Origin: the human T2T-CHM13v2.0 reference genome, Homo sapiens | DNA length: 64,000 nt | NCBI RefSeq assembly: GCF_009914755.1 | Contig: NC_060928.1 | Reading direction: 5' to 3' (one strand) | Shown here: one piece after another, positions 21,000-39,675 of the stretch | Layout of the letters: every line of letters starts with the position of its first letter | Numbering within the stretch: the stretch's first letter is position 1 | Position numbers and translations under genes: made by a program | Notes under the pieces: generated by a model | What the model was told of the DNA's origin: nothing | Databases searched by the model: none | What the model saw: only the letters and a program-made list of their open reading frames with translations

Positions 21000-21377
21000 A
21001 GAGAAAGCCCCGCCTGAAACTGCCTGGAGGCCCCCCGGCTGTCACTCTCGCCACATTCCGTGGAGTATGTGGTTGCAACTTCTGTCACTCAAGGTCTGAT
21101 GGCGGGGAGATTGGAGCCGTATCCAATCAGCGCACTGGAGTGAAAACTGCCCAATCAGGCACGCAGCCAGAGAGGAGGCGGTGGCTTCCGGGATGTGGCG
21201 CGGGTCTTTGCGTCTGGCTACTACCAGACCGCGGGTTAGGGGCTTCATCTCTCTGCGTTCTCAGTTGTGGGAGGCCTTGGTGATTCGGCCACAGCCTCAG
21301 CCTCCGTCGCTCTGTGACCTGCGGGTATTGGATGATTGGTAGCTAAGACTCCCGAATACTTCAGAAGTGGGGAAATG
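21000..21377 (+). promoter_or_regulatory. ZNF141: ZNF141 promoter and exon 1 5' UTR (CpG island extending to ~22000)
   Basis: GC box 21101, ATTGG 21110, CCAAT 21123 and 21151, ETS cttccgg ~21185, as typical of ZNF91-family promoters; TSS approximate. Confidence 0.8.
21375..21377 (+). CDS. ZNF141: ZNF141 exon 1 (initiator ATG only)
   Basis: gaaATG|gtgagt donor; phase 0 joins GAA CTC TTA of exon 2. Confidence 0.9.
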
Positions 21378-21989
21378 GTGAGTGTGCGGGGCAGGGCGTC
21401 CCAAGGCTGAGGAGGTCTCATCGGAGCTGGCGGGAAATGGCGGCGGGACCGAGTCTGCGAACGGAGTCCCCGCTGCCGCCGCTCAGCCCTGGGGCCTCAG
21501 TACCCTCCGGTGAGGGACCTGGGCTCCTGTCGGTCCCCGCACAGCGGCTCTGGCCCAGCCTGCAGCCCTCCTTGTGCAGCTCTGCGCCCGCAGCCCCGCA
21601 CCTTCCCCAGGCTGTGGGGTGAGGAGTAGCTTATCTGGAAGCCGCCCGCGCGGCGTGCGCGATGCCGGCGTGGGAGGAGCTGTGGGAGAAGCTGTGGTCT
21701 GGGGATCCCGTCCCTGCTTTACCCTGTTCGGAATGAGATCGAGGCCCCATCAAAACAGAGTTCATGTGAGCAAATGGGGACTCATTAATGGGACAGCGCC
21801 GGCCGTGGCTCGTGGTTTGGGGGCTGCCAGCGGGTCTTGAAGGAAAAGCTTTTGTGAGGTGTGTGAGGAAGCGAAGCAAATCACCCGCCCGCTCCAACTT
21901 GCCCACCAGTCTCCTTGCCCTGTGCGCCTCCTCCGCGTGGCTGTTCCTGAGTGGCATCTTTTAGAATACGCTAGTGTGGGCGCGCACAG

Positions 21990-22250
21990 CGCTTCGCTGA
22001 GTTCTGTGAGTAGTTCTGTCATATTATTGAACTTGAGGAGGGTGTGGGCCCCTGGTTTGTAGACAGGTGTTCAGAAATGAAGACGGGTGTCCAGAGGCAG
22101 GGACTGGCGTCTGCAGGGGGGCAGCTGCGGGAAGAGCGCTGAGCTTGTGGGGTCTGTGCTGACTCCGGGTGGTGTCGTTAGTGAGTTGTTGGACAGCCCG
22201 TTGGGGTCGGAGCATTGACTGGTGTTGAGCAAACTCCTCACGTTTCCTGT
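21990..22250 (+). mobile_element. MER21-like LTR 3' part
   Basis: gagttctgtgagtagttct...attattgaacttgaggaggg...gtggggtctgtgctgactccggg. Confidence 0.65.
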
Positions 22251-22929
22251 CAGAAGAAAGACATGGCTGAGCCTGGGCTGGAGGGAGTCGCAGGTGTCCG
22301 CGGGAGACCAGCCGGGTTCTGCACATGCACTGTCCTGCTGCGCACTGTTCTGTTCCTCCAGGTCTCCTCCCGGGGAGAGAGGGCGCTGAGAACTTGGAGG
22401 AAAGGAGTTCTGAGAAACATCCCTTCCCTGCACCCTGCTGCCAGCCCCCACCCAATGCTAACCCACTCCTGAGCCCGCCCATTGGGCATTCGCACGGCCA
22501 CACTTGTCCCAGGACAGGGTTCTACCCTCAGGAATTGTGCCCATGGCAGCTTTGCTCCTAGGTTTTTCTCCCAAGAACACACACAGTGCCCAGAAGACTC
22601 CTGGTTCATTTTAACCCCAGATCTGTAGCAGGAATCTGTTTTCTTCACCCACCCAGGCTTTTGGACCACCTGATCCTAATCTCCTCTGCCTTTATGGGCT
22701 CAGGAATCAGTTAGAGCTTAGCCCTGCCTGGGCCTGAACTTGTAGCACAAACCAGTCCTTTCGTCAATCCTGCCTTGCCCCCACTCAAGGCTCTTGATAG
22801 CACCTTTCTTCTGCTCTTTTCTTCCCCACAAATCCTCTTTCCTGTGCACACAGTTTGCTCAAGTGCATCCCTCATGTGCTACAAGAATTCAACGTTAGTG
22901 AGTTCAAGACCATGCCTTTAGACCTGCCT

Positions 22930-23550
22930 GTTGTAGGACCAAATACAAATCAGAAGAGGCTTAATGCTTTCTCTTTAGAATGAGGAAAGAATTTTTACTC
23001 TTCTCCCTTAAAGCATTTAGTTTGAAAACTTTTATATTTAAATATTTTCTCTGCTTCTTTGAAATATATATAACTCATTTTAATCTGTTAACTAGGTGAT
23101 TTGTCTTTTTTGACTCAAAATTGTCTTTAGGACATGGAAACTATTGCTTTGAAATGTGCATAGCAAGAATATATAACCTATTCCGCAATTTCTGTAGCAG
23201 AGTAGGAGGCTGCCTTCAGCAGGTACCTGCCTTCACATATCAAATCTACCTCCTGTCCTGAAGCTGTGGGAAGTTTATTTTCCCTTTGAATATTACCAAT
23301 TAGGAAACCCGGATGACCTCCCAAATTACTAGGTGAAAGTGTAATAAACTATGTATGATACATGGTACTGTCAAGTCTTCTACTTGAGAGCTAATTATGG
23401 TGACTTTCTTTGTTTTGGCAGTCTCTTAGTAGACTGCCTGTAATGCACACCACATTTTGTTTAATTCTCTAACAACACATTTTCTTGCTGTTCTATTATT
23501 TTGGACAGTATTTTAGGATTGTAGATGATTTTGCTGTTATATTTTCCACA
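22930..23550 (+). mobile_element. ERV1-class LTR (MER34-like)
   Basis: Composition and motifs (ttctctgcttctttgaaat..., taattatggtgactttctt); subfamily uncertain. Confidence 0.5.
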
Positions 23551-24069
23551 CGCTGTCAAGAATTACTAGATGTTATACACAAAGTGCCCACCAGGCTTCG
23601 TTTTAGAGAAGAACCTTCTTTCTCAGGATTCCAGTCACAACCCACAGTTGTGCAGCAAAGTGCACGAAGTGCAGCAAAGTGCTCCCCAAAGCTGCAAACA
23701 AAATGATCTCTCTATTTGGGATCTACAATCCCTTCTATAGCAGTTTGACTAGATTTCTACAAAAATGACTTTTTAGGATAGCGATCAGTTTTTCCACCTC
23801 TTTCAGTGTGCCAATGATCTTCAGATCTGACACTGATTCAGAAATCATGGGGCCCATAAATCCAGCGAGGTTCACACATGTGCATTGATTAAACCTGAGA
23901 ACTTCCATTCTCTCCCTTCTCCCCTTGCCCAAATGCCCACAAATGTGCTTACCAGCCCTCCAAGTCTTAAATGTGCAGTTCCAAATTCTGAGTTTATGTC
24001 CTGGGATTTGAGAGAAGAACAGAACTTTTGTTTGAGAAATACAAGTTCTTTTAATTACGAGACCAAGTG

Positions 24070-24751
<682 letters not shown>

Positions 24752-26137
24752 TGTTTTGTGAGTTTTGATGCCATTATGTGAATGGCTATTCATTGACAGA
24801 AGAGAAGTTGTTATTATTTGTATTGTGTTTACCTTGCTAAGAATAAATATTTAGCTTCTAATATAATTGTTCTAGAGAAACATAAGGGTTTTGGTTAAAT
24901 TCCTTGTTACTGTATGTTATACAAAAGACAGAGAAGTGGCTAAAATAGATTAAAATTTCACAAATTCTGGGAATCAAATTTCTCTTGGGCAGGCTTAGAA
25001 AAGACAAAACCGAAAGTACTTAGTGACATAGAGAGCAGAAGCCTAGGGCCCACTTTCTGTCCCATCCCTGCCCAGATCTACCCTCTTCTGATCCTTGTCC
25101 AGGTCTGAGCCAACACTGAAATCTCTCACAGAACTGATTAATAGAGGAGATCAGAGTTTAGGGTGGCTACTCCAGTCTCCTCTCCAGAGCTGGTGCCCAC
25201 AATTTTCTGAAACCCAAAAGCCAATAAATAGGGAAAAGCTATATACTTTGGGGCCTTAAATCTTTTCTATAAAATTAAAACTAATGTTTCTAGAGACATC
25301 CCACCCAGCAACCTGTTCTCTATCCCTGCAGTTTCAGTGGCTTTTTCTTACAAGTCTCAAAGTAAATACAAACACAAAAATAAAAAAATTCCTCTGAATT
25401 GTACTTAACACTTTCTTTGGCTCTCTCCCATCTATTTATATTTAGCTATTATTCTATACATTTTTTTAAAAAGTCAGGGGAAACAGAAAGGAAATGGAAA
25501 TTCTGGGCCCTGCCTTTAAATCTGGGAAGTATGGGACACCTAGTGTCTACCTCCCAGGATGTTATGAGAATTAACACACATAATATGAGCTTCCCATCAC
25601 AGTGCTCTGTGACATACATCTGAGCACATATTACATGCCCCATAAAGATGGCATTAATGCAGATGCACATGTTGTTTTTCAGATACAGACTTACTCAGAC
25701 ATTGCCACCGTCTCCAACTTCTGTAACCTTATAGGGTCTGCAGAGAATGCCATGTTTGAAGATGATGATTGGTGGTCTTGGGATGAAAAGTATTTGTGTT
25801 GTGATAACGGTGTTGGGGTAAGGGACTCTGTGTGCTGTGTCTGCTTTCTCTAACTGAGTGGTACTATAATGGGTCTAGAGGGAGGAGCGTCAGCATTAAC
25901 AGGAGACTTGCTGTAAAAAGCTAATTCATGGACCCTTTTCAAACCTGCAGAATTTTGTTACTTACAGTGAGGCCTACAATATCAAATAATGTATATGTAC
26001 AATGAAGCTTGAGAGGCAGTGCTTAGCTAAGTGACTCTCAGCCCAGTCTTCCAGTAGGATCACATGGACAGTTTGAAGAGAAACCATCAGCTGTGTTCTG
26101 CCCACAGATCCTGTCCATTGTTCTGGGTGAAAAGTCC

Positions 26138-26489
<352 letters not shown>

Positions 26490-26834
26490 CCTTATGTTTT
26501 AAAATCAGTTCCTTGCATGATTCTACAGCAAGGCCAGGGTGAAGCATGAGGGCTTCCAGATACTTTAGTGAAAGGTGAGTTCACCCTTTGTTCCAGGAGG
26601 TCACAGGGCCTACTCTGCTTGATTTTGGTAGGGGAAGGTCAGTGTAGCCCATTATTTTTATTGCAGCAACAGAAACTCTTGGAATGCCATCCTTTTTCTG
26701 CAGAGCTATAGAATACTTTAGAGAATATTACTGCGTTGAAAGTTATTTTATCAGATAATCCCAGTCAGTCACATGTCAGAACTAGCGCTCTCAACTCATT
26801 TCACCTGTAGTCAAATTAAGAACTATGTCCCTTC

Positions 26835-27320
<486 letters not shown>

Positions 27321-27716
27321 TAATTCCTAATTTTTCTCAGAGCTTTATTTTATTCCTTTGAAGAATTTCTCCTGGGAACTTTTATGTTTTATCTTTACAT
27401 AAACCTTCTCTTTTCTTGAGCTAATTTGAGTCCTTCACTCTAGGTTAGTGGTAATTCTAGAAATTCAATGACATAAAATATTGTTTCCCACATCTTAAAA
27501 TCCAATTTGCACCACTTATTTTTTATTCGGTAGTACTTGGTAGTGGAACTTAGAACCCGCAGATTTAAAATACTTAAATATTCTAAAGATTCTGTCAGGA
27601 AACAATTTTTGGATTAATTTTCTAGAATCTTCCATAATATCTCTATTCTGCTTAGCGTAGTACTAGGTTGGTAATTGGAGAATCCCCATCAATAGTCATG
27701 TTATTATTTTTTTTAA

Positions 27717-27827
<111 letters not shown>

Positions 27828-27905
27828 TGAGAGTGAATGGAGGAGAGGGCACAGGCAAGGGGACCAAAGGTCAAGAAGGAAGCCAGGCCTTAAAATGTGG
27901 TTTGG

Positions 27906-28310
<405 letters not shown>

Positions 28311-28794
28311 TTAAATCCAAGAATTCTCTTTTTTCTTTAGTGATCTCCCTTTAAGTTTACAGGGAGAGCTAATGTCCACTTTATCGCTTATAAGGGGCTG
28401 CATGATGTGACTGCTGTTCCATTGCTTTTGGAGACACTGGAATATTTGTGTTACTGAGGAGCTGTATGTCAAAGTATTTTTTTCAAGTATTCTTTTCGTA
28501 TTATGTCTAAAATGTGTAACGTGAGTAGTGGACATAGTGGGATTTGGTTCAGAAATCCCAGGAACACCAAGGACAGATGTTGCCTCTTTTCTACTTAGTG
28601 TTTTTTAATCCTATGGAGGCTGCAAATGTAATTCTACAAAAATTCTTACTTAGCAATTTTATCAGAACAATAAGCATTTCCTAAATATGAAAAAAAGTAA
28701 TGTTATTTTACTTCAAAATTACTGTTTTAGTATAAACTCGTTTGTAATGTAAACTCTATATGTGCAAATTTTGAAATTATAATATAGTTTAAAG

Positions 28795-28894
28795 CATGGA
28801 TTTCCAACATTTTGGCTTCCCTGGGCCACATTGGAAGAAGAATTGTCTTGGGCCACACATAAAATACACTAACACTAATGATAGCTGATGAGCT
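28795..28894 (+). mobile_element. MER30 (hAT) fragment followed by a truncated Alu at 28895-29142
   Basis: ttttggcttccctgggccacattggaagaagaattgtcttgggccacacataaaatacactaacactaatgatagctgatgagct. Confidence 0.85.
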
Positions 28895-28959
28895 CGGATC
28901 ATCTGAGATCGGGAGTACAAGACTAGCCTGACTAACATGGAGAAACCCTGTCTCTACTA

Positions 28960-29247
<288 letters not shown>

Positions 29248-29483
29248 CTATATTTCTTAAATGCACTGTATCATTAACAAGCATAAATGTGCTATGTCAT
29301 TAACCAGCATAGAACATTACTAAGTGTATATTAAGCTCTCAATTGTTCTCTTATTTGTTAATAGCTATTATAATTTTGTCTTAGTAGGAAGTCTGTTGAG
29401 ATTCTGTCATTGAGATGTATCTCTCTGTAGCTATATAAAAATGTGTGTCTCACACACACACCTATATAACTTATTTAAGTGTG

Positions 29484-29687
29484 TAGTAAATTCTCACTTA
29501 ACATTGTTGATAGGTTCTTGGAAACTGAGGGAAGCAACATATTAAGAAAACTAATTTTACCAGAGTTTAATTGATAACCAGAGTTTAAAAGATAACGAGT
29601 TATGTTTGAATGGCATATAGCAACATTATTTCATTTAACAATGCAGTTTTTAAGAACCTAATTTGAACATTAAGTGAGGACTTACTG
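29484..29687. mobile_element. MER82-like Tigger-family DNA element, internally deleted, with TIRs
   Basis: ~44-bp imperfect inverted ends tagtaaattctcacttaac...aggttcttggaaactg / cagtttttaagaacct...ttaagtgaggacttactg, followed by TA. Confidence 0.75.
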
Positions 29688-30423
29688 TACATCTGTGTTT
29701 GTGTGACATGGATTTTTCTGATAAATAAAAATTATGTAACTTTATATTTAATGTGTACAATGTAATGATTTGATATGCATCTACATTGTGAAACAATATA
29801 GTCAAGTTCATGAAGAAATCTATTACTTCACCTAGATAACCATTTTGTTTGGTAGTAAGAACACTTAAGGCCTACTGTTGTAGCAAATTTAAAGCATACA
29901 TTATAGTATTAACTATGAATACAATGCTATTTTGGTAATCTAATGCTAATATACATTAGGTTTCTCAGATTTACTCAACTTATAACTAAAAATTTGTGCT
30001 CTTGAACAACATCTCATATTCCCACCCTAGGCACTAACAACTACCATTCTGCTCTCTGCTTCTATGAGTTTACGCTTTTAGATTTCCTATCTAACTGAGA
30101 AAATTTAGTTTCTTTGTCTTTCCGTGTTTGGCTTATTTCATTTAGCATAATGCCCTCCAGGTCTATCCATGTTGTAAATGGCTAGATTTCCTTCTCTTTT
30201 ATGGTTGAATAGTGTCCTGTGTATGTGTGTGTATATATATATGTATATACATGTATGTATATATATGTATACACACACACACACACCGCCCCCCCCATAT
30301 ATTGGCTACTGTAAACGGTACTACAATAAACATGGAGGGGAAGATAGTTCTTTGAGGTACTAATTTTATTTCCTTTGGTAGTATGCCCAGAAGTGGTATT
30401 GCTGGATTATATGATACTTCTAG

Positions 30424-30936
<513 letters not shown>

Positions 30937-31150
30937 TAGCCAGGATGGTCTTGGTCTCCTGATCTCATGATCCGCCTGCCTCGGCCTCCCAAAGTGCTGG
31001 GATTACAGGCGTGAGCCAAGGAGCCCGGCCGCGCCCAGCCTAGTTTTATTCTTTACTGTATTTTTGTAAGTTTATCAATTTGCATCTCACCACCAGCATA
31101 CAAGATTTCCCTTGTATGTATTTCTTCTTTGGGAAAAAAAAAAAATCTAA

Positions 31151-31441
<291 letters not shown>

Positions 31442-33548
31442 TAGCCAAGATGGTCTCGATCTCCTGATCTCATGATCTGCCTGCCTCGGCCTCCCAAAGT
31501 GCTGAGATTACAGGCCTGAGCCACCACACCCAGCTGGATATTAACTTATCAGATATGGCTTGCAAATGCTTTTCTATTTTGTAGGGTTTTTAAAAATTTT
31601 GTTTTTATTTTTTCCTTTGATGTGCAGAGGCTGTTTACTTTGATGCAGTCTCACTTGTTTATATTTTATTTTGTTGCTGTGCTGTTGATGTCATTTCAAA
31701 AAAAGTTATTGCCGAGACCAATATCAACAAGGTTTTTCCATATGTTTTCTTCATGAGTTTTAAGATTTCATGTCTTAATTTCAGTCTTTGTTTTGAAGTC
31801 TGAAATTAGAAAGCATGATGCCTGCCAGACAAGGTGGCTCACACCTGTAATCCCAGCACCTTGGGAGGCCGAGGTGGGCGGATCACTTGAGATCAGGAGT
31901 TCAAGACTAGCCTGGCCAATATGGTGAAACCCTGTCTCTACTAAAAATATACAAAAACTAGCTAGGGGTGGTAGTGGGCGCTTGTAATCCCAGCTACTCG
32001 GGAAGCTGAGGCAGGAGAATCACTTGAACCCAAGAGGCAGAGGTTTCAGTGAGCCTAGATCACTGAACCTAGATTGTGCCACTGCACTCCAGCCTGGGTG
32101 ACAGAGCTGGACTCCATCTCAAAAAAAAAAAAAAAACAAGTATGATGCCCCCAGCTTTGTTCTTTCTCAAGATTGATTGCTCAGGTTATTAAAAGTCGTT
32201 TAAGGTTACACCTAAATTTTACAATTGTGTTTTCTATTAGTGTGAAAAATGCCAATAAAATTTTGATAGGGATCACATTGAATCTATAGATCACTTTGGA
32301 TAATATTCTTTGACAATATTAGTTATCCTAATGGAATATGTTTCCATTTATTTGTTTCTACTTCACTTTCTGTCATTGATATCTTATTGTATTTAGTGTA
32401 TAATACTATATGTTTTTTATGTCATTTGGTTAAATTTATTTTGATTAACTTTCTTATTTTTATACTATTGCAAATGGAAATGGTTTCTATTTTTGGAAAG
32501 TTTGTTTTTACTCTATGGAAATGCAAGAAATATTTGTATGTGGTGCCAGGTGCAGTGGCTCATTTCTGTGATCCCAGCACTTTCAGAGCCCAAGGCAGTT
32601 GTATCATGTGAGTACAGGAGTTTGAGATAAGCCTGGGCAATAGAGTGAGGCCCTGTCTCAAAAAAAAAAAAATCCCAACAAGCATCTATATGTTGATTAT
32701 GTATCCTGATACTTTAATGAATGCATTTATTAGTTCAATCAATTTTTCTTATTTTACTCTAGGGTTTTATGTATATGCATGATGATATTATCCACAAACA
32801 GTAACTTTTTTATTTCTTTTCCACTCTGGAGAGCTTTATTCTCCTTTTCCTTGTCTAATTGTTTTGATACAAACTTCCAGTCACATGTTAAGATAGAAGC
32901 TGTGGCCCTGGAGGCAGGCCTGCAAGTCTTGTCCCCGGCTGTGGTCTCTGAAGCAGCCCTGTGTCTGCATTTGACAAATTTCACAGTTTGTATAAACTAT
33001 TTTTGGCAGGTAAAGATCTCCTTTTGTTGAGTCCCAGGCTGATGAGATTACCTCTGGGGTTGCAGAGAAGAAGGGTTGTAGCTGGGTCACAAGGGTGCTG
33101 CTGGGTCTGCTGTGGGGTCTGCCTTTGATGATTGTATTACCAGAGATTTGGACAGTCATGGATTATTTCTGGGCCCTGGAGAGATTAGATTTCCTTGAGG
33201 ATATTAATCTATATGGCAGGCAGTAGACTAGGGTTTTGAAGTTTGTCTGCATATGATGGGCCAAATACCAGGTGTATGAATGGGTTTGGCTTCTACTGAC
33301 AACCTGGGAACAGTTTCCACACTTTTCTCTTTGGGTCCCTGATTGTGTACAACTGGCCATGGACTGTGACTGTGAGGGCTAGAACTGAGTCACAGGGCTC
33401 AGGAGCACAGCTGAGGCCAGGATATACAGGCCTGCCTCCAGGGCCATGGCTGGGTGTGTATCTCCCTGCAGGTCTCTTGATGGGAAGGACCACGTCTGGA
33501 CTGTAGCTGAGATTGAATTTGAGAGAGGTTACAGAACTGCTTCAGAAT

Positions 33549-33644
33549 CCTCAGTAAGACCAAGCTCAGTGTGCCATTTCCTTGTCTGTAGCCATGTCTA
33601 TGGGCTCTTGAGTTGGCCATCTGAGTGAGGGCCTGCTTATTCTA
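33549..33644 (+). ncRNA. MIR571: pre-miR-571 (mature sequence 33609-33629 TGAGTTGGCCATCTGAGTGAG)
   Basis: Matches the recalled hsa-mir-571 precursor and mature sequence; sense orientation in ZNF141 intron 3. Confidence 0.85.
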
Positions 33645-33952
33645 AATAACCCTCGATCTCTGGCTCCACTGAGGTTTCACAACCCTAACCATAGGCAAGC
33701 ACCTTTCTACTTCTGCTTTCTATGTGCTTACTACTTAAAATATTGTATAAAAATGGAATCATGCATTGTCACTTTGTTAGCGTCTTATTTCACTAAAATA
33801 ATGGCCTCAGGATTTATCCTTATTGTAGCATCTGACAAGACATTTTCATTTGAAGCTAAAGAATATTTCATTGCGTGTATAAGCCACATCTTTTAAAATC
33901 TTTCATTCATTGAAGGATGTTTGAATTTTTTCACTTTTTCACTTTTGTAAAT

Positions 33953-34830
<878 letters not shown>

Positions 34831-35672
34831 TAGCCAGGTGGTCTCCTGACCTCATGATCCGCCCCTCGGCCTCCAAAAGTGCTGAGATTACAGGCGTGAG
34901 CAACCATGCCTGGCCGGAGAAACATTTATACTTCCATATACTTGTTGAAGTATAAAATGTAAGTGCCTTACAATTTTCTTTCCTCCTAAAACATAAGCAC
35001 TGAGTTTGAGGCATTTTCCTGGATTTTTCAACCACTGAGTTCTTTTTATATAAAACTAAGTGAATAACCTTGACTGGGAATCCGAGACCTAAGCCTGTTG
35101 ACTGCAGGGTAAGGTCAATCTTGATTCTGCCAAAGCAGGTCATCAATAGCCCCGTAATGTGTTGCTGGTGAACCTTTCTTTCAGGTGTCTCAGCCTGCTC
35201 AAATTAGACAGGGAAGGAGCCCTGGAAAGCTGGGTATCCACAGGCAGAGGCAGTGAGGGTTTGGATGAGAGGAGGTTGTGATATCCTCTGAGAGGGTGTA
35301 ATTGTTATTGTCATGGGGCTGTTTCTACATATTGTCAAGTAAAATAAATTTTGATGTAGGTAAGAAGTGAGTTTATTCTAAGGAGTATTGCAGTGGGGAA
35401 AGCATCAAGCATAAGACCTGAAGTCATCTCCAAAATGAGGCAGAAAAAGGCTATTTTTCATACAGAGGAGCAAACAAGATTAGAAACAAGGTAGGAGGGC
35501 CAGGCATGGTGGCTCACGCCTGTAATCCCAGCACTTTGGGAGGCCGAGACGGGCATATCAGGAGGTCAAGAGATGGAGACAATCCTGGCCAACATGGTGA
35601 AACCCCATCTCTACTAAAAATACAAAAAATTAGCCGGGCGTGGTGGTGGGCACCTGTAGTCCCAGCTACTCA

Positions 35673-35888
<216 letters not shown>

Positions 35889-36820
35889 TCAAGAGGGGTT
35901 GTATGCTAGCTCAGACTGAAGGTGGAGCAGAGTCCAGGGGCCTGGGGGAATGTAGAGTTTGTGAATTTGTGATATCTAAGAGGGAGCATCTTCAAAATCA
36001 TAGTGAAAAGGGTATTTCTTTGCAATAAGCGTTTCTTGCGGATCACAAAGGATTGGAGAGACCTTAGTCATAGCTATTTACCAAGATTCACTACCCACCT
36101 CATCTTTTCCCCCACTTTCCTTTGTCCTATACATTTTTTCCCTTTGGCTTTTACTGAGCTGTATTCAATATAATAACCTGGAAAACATATAAATCGTTTT
36201 TGCTAAGTTCTGTGAGTAGTTTTATCAAATTATTAAATTTGAGGGAGGGAGTTAGGGAAGCCCATGATTTATAGTCAGTTGCTCAGAAGTGTAGGTGGGC
36301 CCCTGGAGTTTGTGACTGGCATGTGCAGCGGAAGCAGTGTTGTGGAACTGGGTCTGAACTTGTGGGGTCTGTGCTGACCCTGGGTGTTGTCAGAATTGAG
36401 TTGTTGGGCACCCAGTTTGTGTTGGAGGATTGGTTGGTGTTCAGCAAACTCCATATATTTGGTGTTGGAATAAAGATAATCAGGCTGGATGTGGTGGCTC
36501 ACGCCTGTAATCCTAGCACTTTGGAAGGACGAGGAGTGCAGATGGCTTGAGGTCAGGAATTCAGCACCAGCCTGGGCAACCTGGTGAAATCCCACCTCTA
36601 CCAAAAATACAGAAAGTTAGCCAGGCATGGTGGCACGAACTTGTATTCCCAGCTACTTGGGGGACTGAGTCTGGAGGATTGCTTGAACCCTCAGAGGTCA
36701 AGGCTGCTGTGACCTGAGATCATGCCAGTGCACTCCAGCCTGAGTGACAAAGTGAGACCCTGTCTAAAAAAAAAAAAAATCACAGCAGACTTGGTCAGAA
36801 GGAGATGGTGGGTCTGTTGA

Positions 36821-37190
<370 letters not shown>

Positions 37191-39412
37191 TAGGTGTAAT
37201 GTGATTCTACGTCTCCTCCATAGGGGACTGAGGACTTAAAGGGAAGGACTTCTGAGGGCAGACTCTTCTCTCCACCTGCTGCTACAATGTGATTTCTGCT
37301 CATTCACACACATGCACGCTAAGCAATGGTATGGCCGTGCTTCTCTCATGACAAAGCTTCACTCAGGAATTGTGCTGAGAGCACCTCTGCTTCTAGGGTT
37401 TTCCACTAATAGGCTACATAAGTGCCCAGAAGACTCATGGGCTCTTTCTACCTGCCAGATCTTGAATCTGCACCAGTAACCTGTTTTCTCCAGTAGAATA
37501 GGCTTCTGGATCACCTGACCATCTCATCTCCCTGTATGCACACATTTATAAGTCAGAGGTGCCCTGCCTGGGTGAATATCTAGAGCACTAACCAGTCCTT
37601 TTACCAACTGTGCACTGATCCTCACCCATGGTTCTTGATAGCACCTTTTCTTATTCTGCATTTTCCCCCCACAGACCCTCTCTCATGTGAACACAGCATG
37701 CCCAAGGTCACCCTGCAGGTGCCTAAGTCCAGGGCCTGCTGGAAATCAGGTTTCTATGAGTTCAAGGCAAAGTTTTTGGGTGTGGTTATTGTAAATGTAA
37801 ATGCAAAATAGAAATAAGAGGCTTAATCCTCACATTGGAAAATAAAGAGTATTTACTCTCCTCCCTTTTCTTAAAACCTTTGATTTAGAAAACTTTTATA
37901 TGTAAATTCTTTCTGTGCCTTTTATCTTTTTTGTTGTCTTTTAATTCTCTAATTTGTTTCTGGTCTGATTTTTGTTATTTTGTTTATTATGCTAACATTG
38001 GGATTATTTAGTTATTTTTCAAGTTTTTGAGGATTAAAGTTGGTTTATTTGAGATTTTTAAAATATAAAATATATTACTATAAAATTCCCAGAACTGCTT
38101 TTGTTACATTCATTTTTATATATTATGATTCTATTTTCATTTTTCTCAAATACTTTATGATTTCCTTTTACCTTCTTTGACCCATTGGTTGTTCAGAAGC
38201 ATGTTGTTTAATATCCATTTATTTGTAAGTTTTAAAATTTCCTTCCGGTGTTGATTTCTAGTTTTATAAAATTGTGATTTAAAAACTTGATATGATTTCA
38301 GTCTGTTTAAAAATGAAAAGACTTGTTTATTTTTGTTGTGGGCCAGATTTATGACAGGTCTTGGAGAGTGTTCCATGTGTGTTTGAGAAGAATATAAATT
38401 ATACTGTTACTATCATATTTGTTTTTTTCTCCAGTTTAGTTAACATATGTTTATATATTTGTGTGCTCCAATATTGGATACATAAATATTTTTAATCGTT
38501 ATATTCTTTTGACAAATTAGCCTCATCACTATATAATGAAGTTTTTTTAATGACGAATTTTTTTCTTTATTTTATTTTATTTATTTATTTATTTATTTTT
38601 TGAGACAGTCTCACTCCGTCACCCAGGCTGGAGTGCAGTGGTGCAATCTTGGTTCACCACAACCTCGGTTCACCACAACCTCTGCCTCCCAGGTTCAAGC
38701 AATTCACCTGCCTCAGCCTCCCTAGTAGCTGGGATTACAGGTGCCCACCATCACGTCTGGCTAATTTTTGTATTTTTAGTAGAGACAGGGTTTCACCATG
38801 TTGGCCAGGCTGGTCTCGAACTCCTGATTGCAGGTGATTCTGCTGCCTGGGCCTCCCAAAGTGTTGGGATTACAGGTATGAGCCATCGTGCCCAGCTATG
38901 ACAGATTTTTTTCTAGATGTCTATTTAGTCTCATATAAATATAGGCATTCCTACACTTTTTAAGTTATTATTGGCATGGAATATTCTTTTCATTTTTGAA
39001 TCGTTAACCTATGTATTTCCTTAAATCTACAGTAAGTCTCTAGTTTGCAGCATATTGTTGATTTTTAAAATCGATTCAGACATTCTGTGAATGTTTTAGA
39101 TTGTTTTTTGCTTAATAACAATATTCTAGGGTTGGTAATTTATAAAGAATAGAAGTTTACTTAGCTCACAATCCTGGATGCTGAGATGTCCGAGAGCATG
39201 TCATTCCCACCTCATGAGAATCACATTTCCACATCACAACATGACCAAAGTCTTGAGGATGATGGAAGGTGTACACCAGAGCTCACTTTTGTAATAGACC
39301 CACTCTCATGATGACTAACGCACTCTTAGAATTATAATACTAGGCTGGGCACAGTGGCTTACACCTGTAATCCCGGCACTTTGGGAGGCTGAGGCGGGTG
39401 GATCACAGGTCA

Positions 39413-39675
<263 letters not shown>

